Of a DNA stretch of 64,000 bases, positions 52,996-64,000 are shown one piece after another; position 1 is the first letter of the stretch, and each line of letters starts with the position of its first letter. This stretch comes from Anaeromyxobacter sp. (GTDB lineage Bacteria; Myxococcota; Myxococcia; Myxococcales; Anaeromyxobacteraceae), in contig JASGJN010000004.1 in NCBI GenBank assembly GCA_049840735.1, positions 185,184 through 249,183 on the forward strand, in the 5' to 3' direction. The notes beneath the pieces are model-generated. The model made no database searches, was not told the DNA's origin, and saw only the letters and a list, made by a program, of their open reading frames with translations. A program made the position numbers and the translations under genes.

Positions 52996-55900
52996 TTAGA
53001 ACGGCCGATAGAGAACCATCGTGTTCGTCAGCTTACGCTGCGTCACCAAGATATCGAGCGCTTTCTTGCCGGCCTCGGTCTGCACCTCCAGCTGCGAGAA
53101 GCATCCCGCCCTTGCCGCGATCTTGTCAGAGGTGGCGAGTTCGTCACCCATGTCCTTCCAGGCAGTGCCCACATCCGGCCTAGGCCACAAACCATTGTAA
53201 GCCTTTGCATCGATCATACAGCACACAGGAGTCGTAACGCCCTGCTTCCTCATGAGGCCGATGCCGAATGCATCGAACCACTTGTTGCGACTAGTCATCT
53301 CGGGCGCATCGACGCGGTATTCGAGCCACCCCTTCCCGTCACCATCAGGATGCATATCCGTCTTCGGCGCGCCGGTTCTCTGCATTTGATAGTCAATTAC
53401 GTCCTGAGGCTTACCCCTCAACTGCTTGGACCAACCCCATTCTCCGCCCGCCCCTGCGCCCTTATCACCCGGCTTCGCCCACGGTCCTAGCGATTCGCAC
53501 AGGTAGAAGTCTCGTTTATCCTTCTCCTTCGGCAGCTTGTCGGCCAGCAGCTCTGGATGCGCTCGAGCGTATGCTGTGTCTGCATCCCCAAGCAGCCAAT
53601 CGAGCCCCTTCTGAACAGCGAACGCGTCTCCAATCGCCAAAGCCGCCGTCTTCACTCCGGGGATGTACTTCTGAGCTAGGTAGCCTAGGCCGACCCCGGC
53701 CGGAACCGCCGGGACGAGCCAGCCGAAGGAAATCTCCGCCCCGAAGAGGGCCGCCAGCCCCCCTCCCCCTGCCGCCATGGCCTCGTTTGCTGCGACGGCG
53801 TTCCGCGCGAGTCCCACCGCTCTACCGACCTGCAGGGCCTCATTCGCTGCCGCGGCGCTTCGCGCAACCCCCACGGCCTCACCAACCTCACCGGCTGCGA
53901 CAAGATTGCGCGCAACCCCGAAGCCAGCCGCAGCCAATGGCACCAAAGGTGCCCCATCCCCGGGCTGAGGCGCCAGCCGCTCAGCTCCGAACAATGGATT
54001 GAGCGGCTCCTGCGACGCAGGCGCGTCCCGCCTTGCCAACCACTCCCCGAGTTTAGTTGCCCTGATGTCATCAACGGCCCGCTCTCCGGCGACCATTGCG
54101 CGACCATAACGGTCGAATTCCTTGAGCTGGTCCTTCGTCATCCCACCCAGGTCCACCGAGTACTCGGCCCCCTCCTGGGTCATTCCGCGGTTCAATTTAG
54201 CGTTGAACGACACTTGGCCAGAGGCATATAGCGCACCCAGCACGGCATAACGGTTCTCATGGTTGATCCGGCCTGCAATCGCCTCAGGTCCTTCCCCCTT
54301 TCTGGCCTTCGCGCTTCCGTACGCTGCTGAACGCTCCGCCCGTTCAGCAACCGCCTGCTCCGCCGCATAGTCCATGAGTCGCGCAATAGGACTTGAGGAA
54401 GGGTCTTCCGGCGAGGTCGACCCGCCCTCGCCACCCCAAGTGAAGCCACCGTCGTACTCGCGGCCGGAAGCCCGGTAGTCGAAGCGCAGCGGTCCCGACC
54501 ACTTTTCGTCGAACTGTTTCCTCGTCTCCTCGACCGCAGCCATCATTCTCTTGCTCGTCGCAGCCCAGGCTTCCGCATCGAGCTTGCGCTGGCTTTCGGC
54601 AGCCTCGGCCTGCCCGTTCACCGAGTTTGCGAAGGCGTTTCCAAACGCGTCCGCCGCGACCTGCTGGACGGCGATCTTTCCGCCCCGCATGACCGCCGTA
54701 GTCATGCCGGCAGCGAATCCAGACGTCGTGCCGGACACCAGGCTCTTCCCGAAGTCGAACCCCTTCGACGGGTCGTACTTGATTGCCGCGTTGGTTGCCT
54801 CTGTAGCGGCGGAACCCACGGCCGCGCCGACCGCGGACGACGCGACCGACGCCCAGTTGAACTCCTTCTGCAGGCCTACCGCGAGCGCAACTCCCTGGCT
54901 CGCAGCATTCGAGATTGTGGCCTTGGTGGCCGCAAAGGCTGCGCGGGTGTACCAGGAATCCTTTGCCACCTTGCCGGGTCCGCCGATCACTCCTCCCACG
55001 CCTGCGGACACCGCCGACGAGATCGCACTCATCGCCACGGCACCGAAGTTGATGCTCTGCTGCATCCCGGTCATGACACCGACCATCTGACCGGCGAGCG
55101 AGCCGAGGGCGCCGCCGATGGCTGCTGCAGCGAGGCCTGCACCCGCGCTAAGGCCAGATGTTCCAGCGAGCACCGCTCCGCCGGCGGCGAGCATTGAGCT
55201 ACTGCTCAGGCCCATCGCAACCGCGGCTGCGCCCGCCGTATAGACGGTCGCAAGGACTGTGACGACCACCACGAGGATCGTGCCGATGACCCCGCAGCCC
55301 TTGTTCGCCGCAGGGATGGGCAGGTTCGGCGAGGTGCTGCCGACGACCCTCGACGGGTCGTAAGGCTGGAACGTGGTCGAGTTGTTCTTCGAACCAGACG
55401 CGCCGTTGGGAATCGTGACCGTCTGCCCCACGCGGAGATCGCTGTCCCCGCGCAGCCCGTTCGCATCCGCGATTACGTACCAGAGGCTCGTGTCGCCGTA
55501 GGCGGCCTGGGCGATCGACTTGATCGTATCGCCAGCCCGGACCACGTAGCTGCCCACCGCCGCCGAGGGGTAGGCGTTGGTGATGGCCTGGTAGGTGAGC
55601 CCGAACTCTCCCTGGATCGTGTAGTTGGGGTTGCCCGAGCTGCTGACGGGCTTGTCCTGGTCCGTGCCCTCGCCGTAGACGCCGAGGACGTTCCCGTCCA
55701 CCACCAGCTGCCGCAGGACGCGCCCCTCCTGCACCTTCATCAGGACCTTGCCCTGCGCGTCGTTGATGAAGGTCCGGTTGAAGGCGGCCTTGGTGGAGTC
55801 CTCGAGGCCGATCAGGAAACCGTTTGCGTCGTACTTGTTCGTGGTCGTGCCGGGGTTGTTGGCGTTGTCCTCGCGGTACCCGGTGACGACCCCCTCCTTG

Positions 55901-58900
55901 TACGCGTCGAACAGCTTGAACTCGATGTTGTAGACCGACTTGGTCCCGTCGGAGCCGGACGAGGTGTAGGCCTTCACGTTGCCGGCGGCGTCGTAGGCGG
56001 TTTTGGGATCCCAGCGGTACACGTCGCGATAGCCAACGATCGTGCCGTTTCCGTACGAGTCGTACGTGTAGATGGCCTCCTTGTAGTCGAACTCCTTCTT
56101 CTCGTACCGGGTCTCGCTCTCGACGCTGTTGTTGGGCTTCCAGACCTTCACCGACTGGACGCGCCCGTTCTCGTCGTAGCGCGTGATCCGCACGCGGGCG
56201 CCGTTGGCCTCGGCGTCGTTCGCGTTCAACGCGCTTCGGTAACCAGCGGTCGTCTCACTGCTCAGGCCGACCTTGACCACCCGCGACGCTCCGTCATACA
56301 GACGCTCGTCGAGCCTGAGCGCGACGTTACTGTCGAGGACGGCATTCCAGTTCTCGTCGAAGAGGCCCGTCTTCACCGCCGTGAGCCGGTTCAGCGCGTC
56401 GTAGTCGTAGTACTCGTAGTTGATGCCCTCCCGCGCGCTGTAGACCGCGTACGTCATGTTCGAGCCGTAGTTGGGCCCGCCGACGCTCGCGACCACCTGC
56501 CTGCCGTACGACACGTCTTTGATGCGATTGCCGTTCTTGTCGTAGGCGAGGATGTGCCCCTGGTCCTTGGTGATGTTCCCGAGGTCGTTCGCGTTGCTGC
56601 TCTTCGCGCCGTCCACCAGGATCTGGCGGTTCATGCAGTCGTAGGCGAAGTAGGCGTGCTTGGTGCTCGCCGTGGTGTCGTAGACGGGATGTGAACCCAC
56701 CTTGACGTTCGCGTAGACGGCCTGGCCGTACGCATTCGTGCCGACCTGCTGGTAGACGTAGTCGTCGACCAGCCGGTACTTCTGCGTCTGGTAGTCCGTC
56801 CGCTGGTGGAGGCGGTTGCCGACCTCGTCGTAGTCGAGGGTCATGGTCACGCCGTCCATGGCCTCGACCCGGAGCAGGCGCCCCAGGTTGTCGTAGCTGA
56901 GGCGCTGGTTCTGGTAGACCACCATCCCGGCGGAACCGCCCGCGGTCACGTTGTAGTTGAGCGGCGCGCCCCTATACTGCGTGACCTGCTCGAGCGTCTT
57001 CTTCCCGGCCGCCGTGTAGGCGTACACGGTGGTCTGGTTCAGGGCCTTGTCGGCGATCTGCACCAGCTGGCCGGCGCCGTCGTAGGTGTACTCGAGGTTC
57101 TGTCCGCGACTGCTGGTCGTGCGCTTGAGCTGATTGGCGTTGTCGTAGAAGAACTGGGAGGTGGCGTTGCCGATGTCCTTGTGCGCCTCGAGCCGGCCGA
57201 ACCCGTTGTAGGTCCAGGTGGCAAGGGCATTGTTGGCGTCCTTCTCGGCGATTTTGCTTCCCGGCGGCGTCCCAGGCCGAGACCGTCGACTGCCCCATGG
57301 GCTGGATGGTCTCGACGATGTTGCCGCGCAGGTCGTAGACGTAGCGCGTGGTCTCGCCGTCGCCGTTGGTCTGGCTGAGCTTGCGCCCGGCCGCGTCGTA
57401 GGTCATCACGGTCTCGAGCTGCTTCTCGGCGACCTGGGTGACCTTGTAGTCCGTATCGGCGCTGTAGACCTTGACCGACTCCGTGACGATCCTGGTGTTC
57501 CGGTTGAGGCGGTCGAAGACGTAGTCGGTCTTGTGGTTCAGCGCGTCGATGACGCGGACCTGGTTCCCGAACGCGTCATAGACGCGGGTCACCACGCCGC
57601 CATACTCCACGCCGTTGTAGATGCCGCGGGTCTCCTTGACCAGCTGGCCACCGGCGTCCCACTCCTGCTTGGTCGAGTAGCCGCGGGCGTCCTTCACCTC
57701 CACCTGGCGTCCCAGCACGTCGTAGCGGATGGTGGTGGTGGAGCGCGTCGTGGCGCCGGCGGTCGCGAGCGGGTCGGTCTTGGACGTGACCTGGTTGAAG
57801 GCGTTGTACGTGTAGTCGGTCCAGAGCGTCGGGGCGGTACCGGACGCCGTGGGGTTGCTCTGGCTGAGCATGTTTCCCCAGCGGTCGTACTTCTGCTCGA
57901 CCGCCACCCGGTAGGCCGAAGTATCGAGGGCGTCCTGCCGGTTCGGCAGCACCTGGCGCGTGACGCGTCCCAGGACGTCGTTCTCGAAGTCCACCCGCCG
58001 CAGCACGCCGGTGGCGCCCACCGCGTCGGCAGCGGAGGCGGAGGTGGTAGGTGCCGACATCGACGGTGCCCAGGCTCGACAGCTCGGCGGTCTTCCGGCC
58101 CAGCAGATCGTACAGGTAGATCTTCCGGTTGCCGTCGCCGGAGTTGGTCCGCCACATCCGCCCGGCGGCGTCATACTCGAACGTCTCCGTCGCGAGCCCG
58201 GTGGTGCTGCGTTCGTACATCTCTCCGAACGCGTTGTACTTCATCGTCACCTTGATGTTGCTCAGGGCGATGGCACCGATCCCGTTGGCTCCCAGTCCGG
58301 TGGTCGTGCTCGGGGTGATGATGGCGGTCTGGTGGCCGAGCGCGTCGTACTGGAAGACCGTGTAGAGGGTGCGCGTCGAGCCGCTCGAGCCCTCCACGCC
58401 CTGCCACTGCTTCGCCAGGTGCCCGAACGCGTCGTAGGACTGGAAGTGGTTGATCTTCTCGGCGTCGGTGGTCATCACCGCCTGACCGCGCGCGTCGTAC
58501 TTCGTGTACGTCACGTGGTCCAGGACGTTCTCGGCCGGCACCGCCCCGGTGCTCGGATCGGTGGTCCCGGTGGCGTACTCTCGCTTCACCACCACGTTCC
58601 CGAACGCGTCGCGCAGGAAGGTGGTGATGGGGATGAGCGAGGCGCCGGTCAGCGTGCTGCTCCGGCTTGGCGCGGAGACGGCCTTGATTGGCCTGCAGCG
58701 TCGTAGACGGTGTAGGTCGTCGCGTAGGACGGGTCCCGCGCCCAGGTCTGGTTCCCCAGCGCGTCGTACCCGTAATACGTGTACAGATCACGACGGCCGA
58801 GCGTGCCCGCGGAGTCCACGCACTCCACCTGCTTCTGGCACTCCCAGGTCTTGCGGTTGAGCTGGTCGTAGCCGTAGGACCAGCCGCGGTCGAGCGCGCT

Positions 58901-61900
58901 GACCTTGGTGAGCGAGGCCAGGTCGTAGGCCGTCCGCCCGTTTGCCGTCACCCCGGTGAGCTCCTTGCTGTACTCCCACCTCTCGACGAGGTTCCCTGCC
59001 GCGTCGAAGGTCTGCTCCGTGAGGAAGCCGGCCGCGTCGATGGTCTTCACCTCCTGGCCGCGCTGGTCATAGACGTGGCGGACACCGGTCCACTTGGAGG
59101 CGCCGGAGAGGGACCATGCGTCCGTCAACTGGCCGAAGGCGTCGTAGGTGTTCTCCACGACCGCAGCGGCGTTGAACCCCGAACCCGGACTGCCGACGTT
59201 GACCCAGACCGTCGGCTGCGTGACGCGGGTCGCGCGGCCCATCTTGTCGTACTGGGTGACGAGGATCCGATCGCCCGCATGCTGCGCGGTGGTCAGGCCG
59301 TTCAGGGCAGTGGTGATGGCCGCCGCCTTGGGAGGTGCATACTCGGAGGCGCTCAGAGGCGGATTCGTCGCGTAGCGGGTGAGCTGGAGGACATCCCCGA
59401 AGGCGTTCCGCTGGTAGCCGGTGACGTAGCCCAGCGCGTCCACCTCGTAGCGAATCCGCCCGAGCGCGTCGTAGGCCTTGTAGCTCCGGTTCCCGCCCAC
59501 ATCGAGGCCAGCCACGGCCTCTCCGAAGACGTTGTAGAAGGTCTGCGAGCTCAGCACCTTGCTGGTGTCTTCCACCCGGCTGGCCACGCTGCTCGCGCCG
59601 TTGGCCGGGATGCTGGCCTCGGCCTCGTTGTAGACGCCGACCGGCGGGAAGGTGGTCAGCACCTGGCGGCCGAGTTGGTCGTACGCGTAGGTGGTGGTCC
59701 GCTGCTGCCCGCTCAGGCCGTAGGCCTCGATGCGCGTGGTCAGGTTGCCGAGCGCGTCGTAGCCCATGACCGTGATGATCGCGGTGGACTGGGGCGTACC
59801 CACCAGCGTGAGCTTGCCGTTTGCGTCCAGCCCGACGGAGGCAACGTCCACCTGCGGGTCGGTCTGCTGCACCAGCCGCCCCGCGGCGTCGTACCCATAC
59901 GTCCAGGTCGCCTGCTTCTTGTTCGTGAAGCTGACCTTGCGTCCGGCCCCGTCGTAGGCGAACGACTCGGCGACCTGGAGCGCGTCCTTGCTCGACTCGA
60001 GCCGCCCGGCCGCGTCGAACACGAAGGTGTCCGACTGGTCTCGGGCCGAGTTGACGGTCAGCTTCGAGAGGATGCTGGCAGCCGTCGCCCCCACGGTGAG
60101 CCCTGAGGTGGCCGCGGCGTGGAGCGTCGTGCCGGTGATCCGGCCCACGCCGTCGTAGCGGGTGGCCTTCACGTAGCCGAGCGGGTCGACCGTGTAGGCC
60201 AGCCGCCCGGCTGAATCGTACGCGTAGAGCGTGGTGCGGTCGTACCCGGCCGTACTCTGCAGGCCCTGCAGGTCACCGGAAGCCAGGAGCACGGGCGTGC
60301 TGCCGGCCGTGATGCCATACGCGTATGCGCGCGTCGCGATCAGGCTGCTCGCGCCGTCGTACCAGCTGCGGGTGAACGCGCCCGCCGCGTCCACGGTGTA
60401 GACCTGCCGGCCCGCTGCGTCGAAGACGGCGCTCGACACGCGCTTCTCACCGCTCCCGCCCAGCACCGGGTTCACGGCGGCCGCGACGCCCGCCGGATCC
60501 GTGGCCGCGGTCGGCGCCGCGATGGTATCGCCGTAGGCGATGCGCTGGATGGCGCTGCCGGTGCCGTCGTAGACGGTCTGGCTCACGCCGCCCAGCGCGT
60601 TCACCGTGAAGACCTGGCGACCAGCCTTGTCGTACGCGAACAGCGTGACCCGGTCGTCGGCCGTGGCAGCCACCGCGCTCGGCTCGACCGTGTTCGCGAC
60701 GGCCGTGGCGTAGGCCACCTGCTTCACCAGCTGCCCGGCGCCGTCGTAGATCTGCCGGGTGACCGCGCCGGCGCCGTTGGCCGTCCAGGCCACGCGCCCA
60801 GCGGCGTCGTAGCGCGACCGGACGCGGGAGTCCTTCGCGTCGTTCTTCACCGCGTTGACGGCGGTCCTGAGAATCCACCTCGTTCATCGCGGTCGAGGTC
60901 GGGACGACCGTCGCGTAGGCCACGCGCTCGAGCACGTGACCGACGCCGTCGTAGGTCTGCTCCACCACGGCGCCCACGCCGTTCATGGTGAAGCGGACGC
61001 GGTTGGCCTTGTCGTAGACGTTCCTGACCAGCAGATTGGGGTTGGCAGCGGTCCCCGTCACGGTCGGCGTGGTGCCGGGCGTCCAGGTCGAGAGGTTCAG
61101 CTTGGCCGCGTAGACGCGCTCCTCAATGAGGTTGCCGTTCGCGTCGTAGGCACGGGTCGTGGTGCCGCCCACGCCGTCGACGGTCCAGGTGCGCCGGCCG
61201 GCGGCGTCATAGCCATGATAGACGTGCTGATCCCGCGCCGCGCTCTTCACCACGGCACCGGACACGTCGGACTCGGTCGCCGGCGTCGCGGTGGAGATGG
61301 TCGTGGCGTAGCTGATCTGCTCGGTAACGTTGCCGTTCCGATCGTACTTCTGCTCGACCACGCCGCCGGTGCCGCTGATCGTGAAGCGAGCCCGGTTGGC
61401 CCGGTCGTAGACGGACTGGACCCGCTGGTCGCGGGTGTCGTCGGCCACCACGGCCGGCGCGGTCCCCAGCGTCCAGCTGCTGGTATCGATCCGGTTGACG
61501 TAGGTCCTCTGCTCCACCACGTTGCCGTCGGCGTCGTACACCACCTTCGCGACCCCGCCGGCGCCGTCGATCGACCAGGTGCGCCGGTTCGCGGCGTCGT
61601 AGACCGCGTAGGCGTGGCGATCCAGGACCGGGTTCCTGATCGCGGCGATGGCGCTGCCGATGGCCACCTCGGTGGCCGCCGTGGCCGCCGGGATCGTCCG
61701 CGCATAGGCGATCCGGTCGAGCACGTTGCCGTTGGCGTCGTACTTCAGCTCCACCACCCCGCCCGCGCCGTCGAGCGTGTACTTGGCTCGATCGGCCAGG
61801 TCGTAGACGGGTCTGCGACCGCAGATCGCGGGCGTCGTCGGCGACGACCGGCGGCGTGGGCGTGGTCGCACCGGTTCCAGCTCGCCACCGTGATGCGATT

Positions 61901-64000
61901 GGCGTACGTCCGGCGTTCGATGACGTTGCCCTTGGCGTCGTACCGGAGCTGGGTGACGCCTCCCTCCCCATCCACGCTCCAGGTCAGGCGGCCGTCGCCG
62001 TCATAGACCCGCTGCTCCACCACGTCGGGCCGGGTCGCCGAGCCCGGCTGGAGCAGCAGTGCAATCTGGTCGACGGTCGCCGCGATGGGCAGCGAGCCCA
62101 GCGCCGATGATTGTCCCGTAGGCCGTCGGGTGGAGATGACCCGTCCCTCGGCGTCGTACGTGCTCTTGCGAACGCCACCCTCGGCGTCCACGGTGAACAC
62201 CAGCCGGTTGGACGTGTCGTAGGCGAACCGGGTCACGTTCCCGCGCGCGTCGGTCCGAGCGACCACGTTCCCGTTCCTGTCGTAGGTGTAGCTCTCGACC
62301 AGGTTGAGACCGCCCGGATCCACCATGGTGGAGACGCGCCGGCCTGCGACGTCGTAGGTGTACTGCGTGGTCAGCCAGCCGGGGCTCGTCACCTTGAGCT
62401 GCCGGCCGGCCGGGTCGTACTCGTAGCGCGTGACGAGGTTCAGCCCGGTGGGATCGACGGCCTGCGTGAGGACGTGGCCGGCCAGGTCGAAGCTGATCGC
62501 CGTGACGGTGCCGCGCGGATCGGTGACGCTGATCTGCTGGCCCTTGGCGTCGTACGCGTAGCTGGTCGTGAGCCCGAGCCCGCCCGGATTCACGGTGCGG
62601 CTCAGCACCCGGTTGGCCGAGTCGTAGCTGACGCGCGTGATGGTCCCGCGCGCGTCGATCTGGTCCACCACCCGATCTGCGCGATCGTAGGTGGACTCGA
62701 GCGACGTGCCGTCCGCCCGCCGGGTGAACCGGAGGTTGCCGTCGGCGTCGTACTCGTACGTGGTGGCGTTCCCGCGGCCGTCCGTCACCCGGCACAGCTG
62801 GCCGTTGCGGGTGGTCTCGGTGGTGACCGTCACGCCCTCCGGCGTGGTCACGATCGTCTTGCGATTCGCCGTCTCGTAACGATAAGTGGTGGTCTTGCCC
62901 AGCGCGTCCGTCTGGGTGAGCGTGCGGCCGAAGGCGTCGTACGTGGTGGACCGGATCCCCCCCAGTGCGTCCACGGTCTGCACCAGCCGGCCCAGCCGGT
63001 CGTAGGTGGCCGGCGGGATTGTGACGCCGTTCGCGTCGGTCGTCTGGATGAGCCGGCCGAAGGCGTCGTAGACCGAGCTGCGGGTGATGGCGAGGCCGCT
63101 CGGGTCCTCCACCATCCGCGTGGCCAGGCCGCGCCGATCGAAGGTGCTGGTGCGGCCGAGCGTGCCGGCGTTCGTCGGCTGGGTGGTCTGGACCACCCCG
63201 CCGAAGGCGTCGTAGGTCGCCGTGGTCCGCACGTTGAGCGCGTCGACGGTGGCGGTGCCGCTGGCCGCGGGCGTCGTACTCGATCCGCGTGAGCGAGTTC
63301 TGGGTGGAGGCGGCGACCGCGGTCACCAGGGCCGTGGCCGCGCCGGCGTTGGCGCTGGAGGAGAGCACGCCGCCGACCAGGCTGGTCACCGTCGCCGCCG
63401 GGAGCCTGGTCGCCAGCGCGCTGGTCGAGGTGACGCGGCCCAGCGCGTCGTAGGCGGTCTCGGTGACCTCACCCAGCGCGTTGACCGTGTAGCGGAGCCG
63501 CCCGGCGTCGTCGTGGAAGAAGACGGTCCGGTTGCCGTTCTGGTCGGTGGTGCTGATCCGGCGGCCCGCGGCGTCGTATGCGTACTTCACGCCGTACTGC
63601 GCCCAGATGTCGTCCACCTGCGCCGGCGTCAGGCCCGAGGTGAGCAGCGCCGCGCCCACGGCGGTCAGCTCGGCGACCAGGCGCCCCTGAACGTCATAGC
63701 GCTTGTTGAGGATCCGCCCTGGTCGACCGTCCCAGCGGCGACGGTGGTGCTGATTGGGTTGCCGACGGCGTCGTAGACGTTGTCGGTCGTGAGCCCGTCC
63801 GCCGTCACCTGCCGGAGCAGCCGGCCCAGCGCGTCCCAGGCGTTCCGGCCGGAGCGATCCTCGCCGTTCGCCGCCGGGCGGAGCGTCGAGAAGGCTGGTG
63901 AAGGTCGAGAGCGTGGCCGTCACCTTGCTGGCGTAGCGGCGCGACTCGGACAGGCGGCCGTTCGAGTCGTAGGTCAGCTCGGTGAGGTAGCCCTCCGCGT
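52996..64000 (-). CDS. Giant YD-repeat (RHS-like) polymorphic toxin with LysM, TM region and Tox-REase-5-like C-terminus (5'-partial, several apparent frameshifts)
   Basis: Continuous YD repeats across ORFs 62001-63923, 61745-63232, 60447-61871, 58649-60850, 57576-58595, 56972-58174 and 52996-57063; LysM YVVRAGDT...LWYVIADANGL; tip YQMQRTG...EYRV...WFD...MIDAK. Confidence 0.88.

Noticed and set aside
57063..63923. Several separate RHS genes
   Set aside because: YD repeats continue seamlessly across frame switches, mostly at short homopolymers; treated as one gene

Overview
Very GC-rich bacterial window whose gene content suggests an Anaeromyxobacter-like member of Myxococcota (inference). 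Bases 1-38.9 kb are ordinary chromosome: the end of a glycerol-type ABC operon, aminotransferase, cyclophilin lipoprotein, bicupin, P-II, ROK kinase, MgtC, GH13 amylase lipoprotein, an oxidoreductase/epimerase/sugar-ABC operon converging on xylR-xylB-xylA-galM, ahpCD-oxyR, nikR, VKOR-DsbA and others. Bases 38.9-52.2 kb are a nested IS graveyard (IS66, IS10-like IS4, ISAs1, IS1182-like, IS3 and Y1/RAYT-like remnants) containing orphan toxin/immunity-like pieces and an orphan 5' copy of a giant YD-repeat gene. Bases 52.2-64 kb hold the 3' part of a giant YD-repeat/LysM polymorphic toxin with a Tox-REase-5-like tip and an Imm52-like immunity gene. Two signals stand out. (1) A ~60-bp non-coding element ending GTAATGTAGRAKGACGCGACCC(C)T occurs four times; all three copies in the island face the same way and sit exactly where unrelated genes are cut off. 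(2) Eight frameshifts are the same event, GATC read as GAATC, which suggests a DNA-modification footprint in long-read data rather than real pseudogenes.
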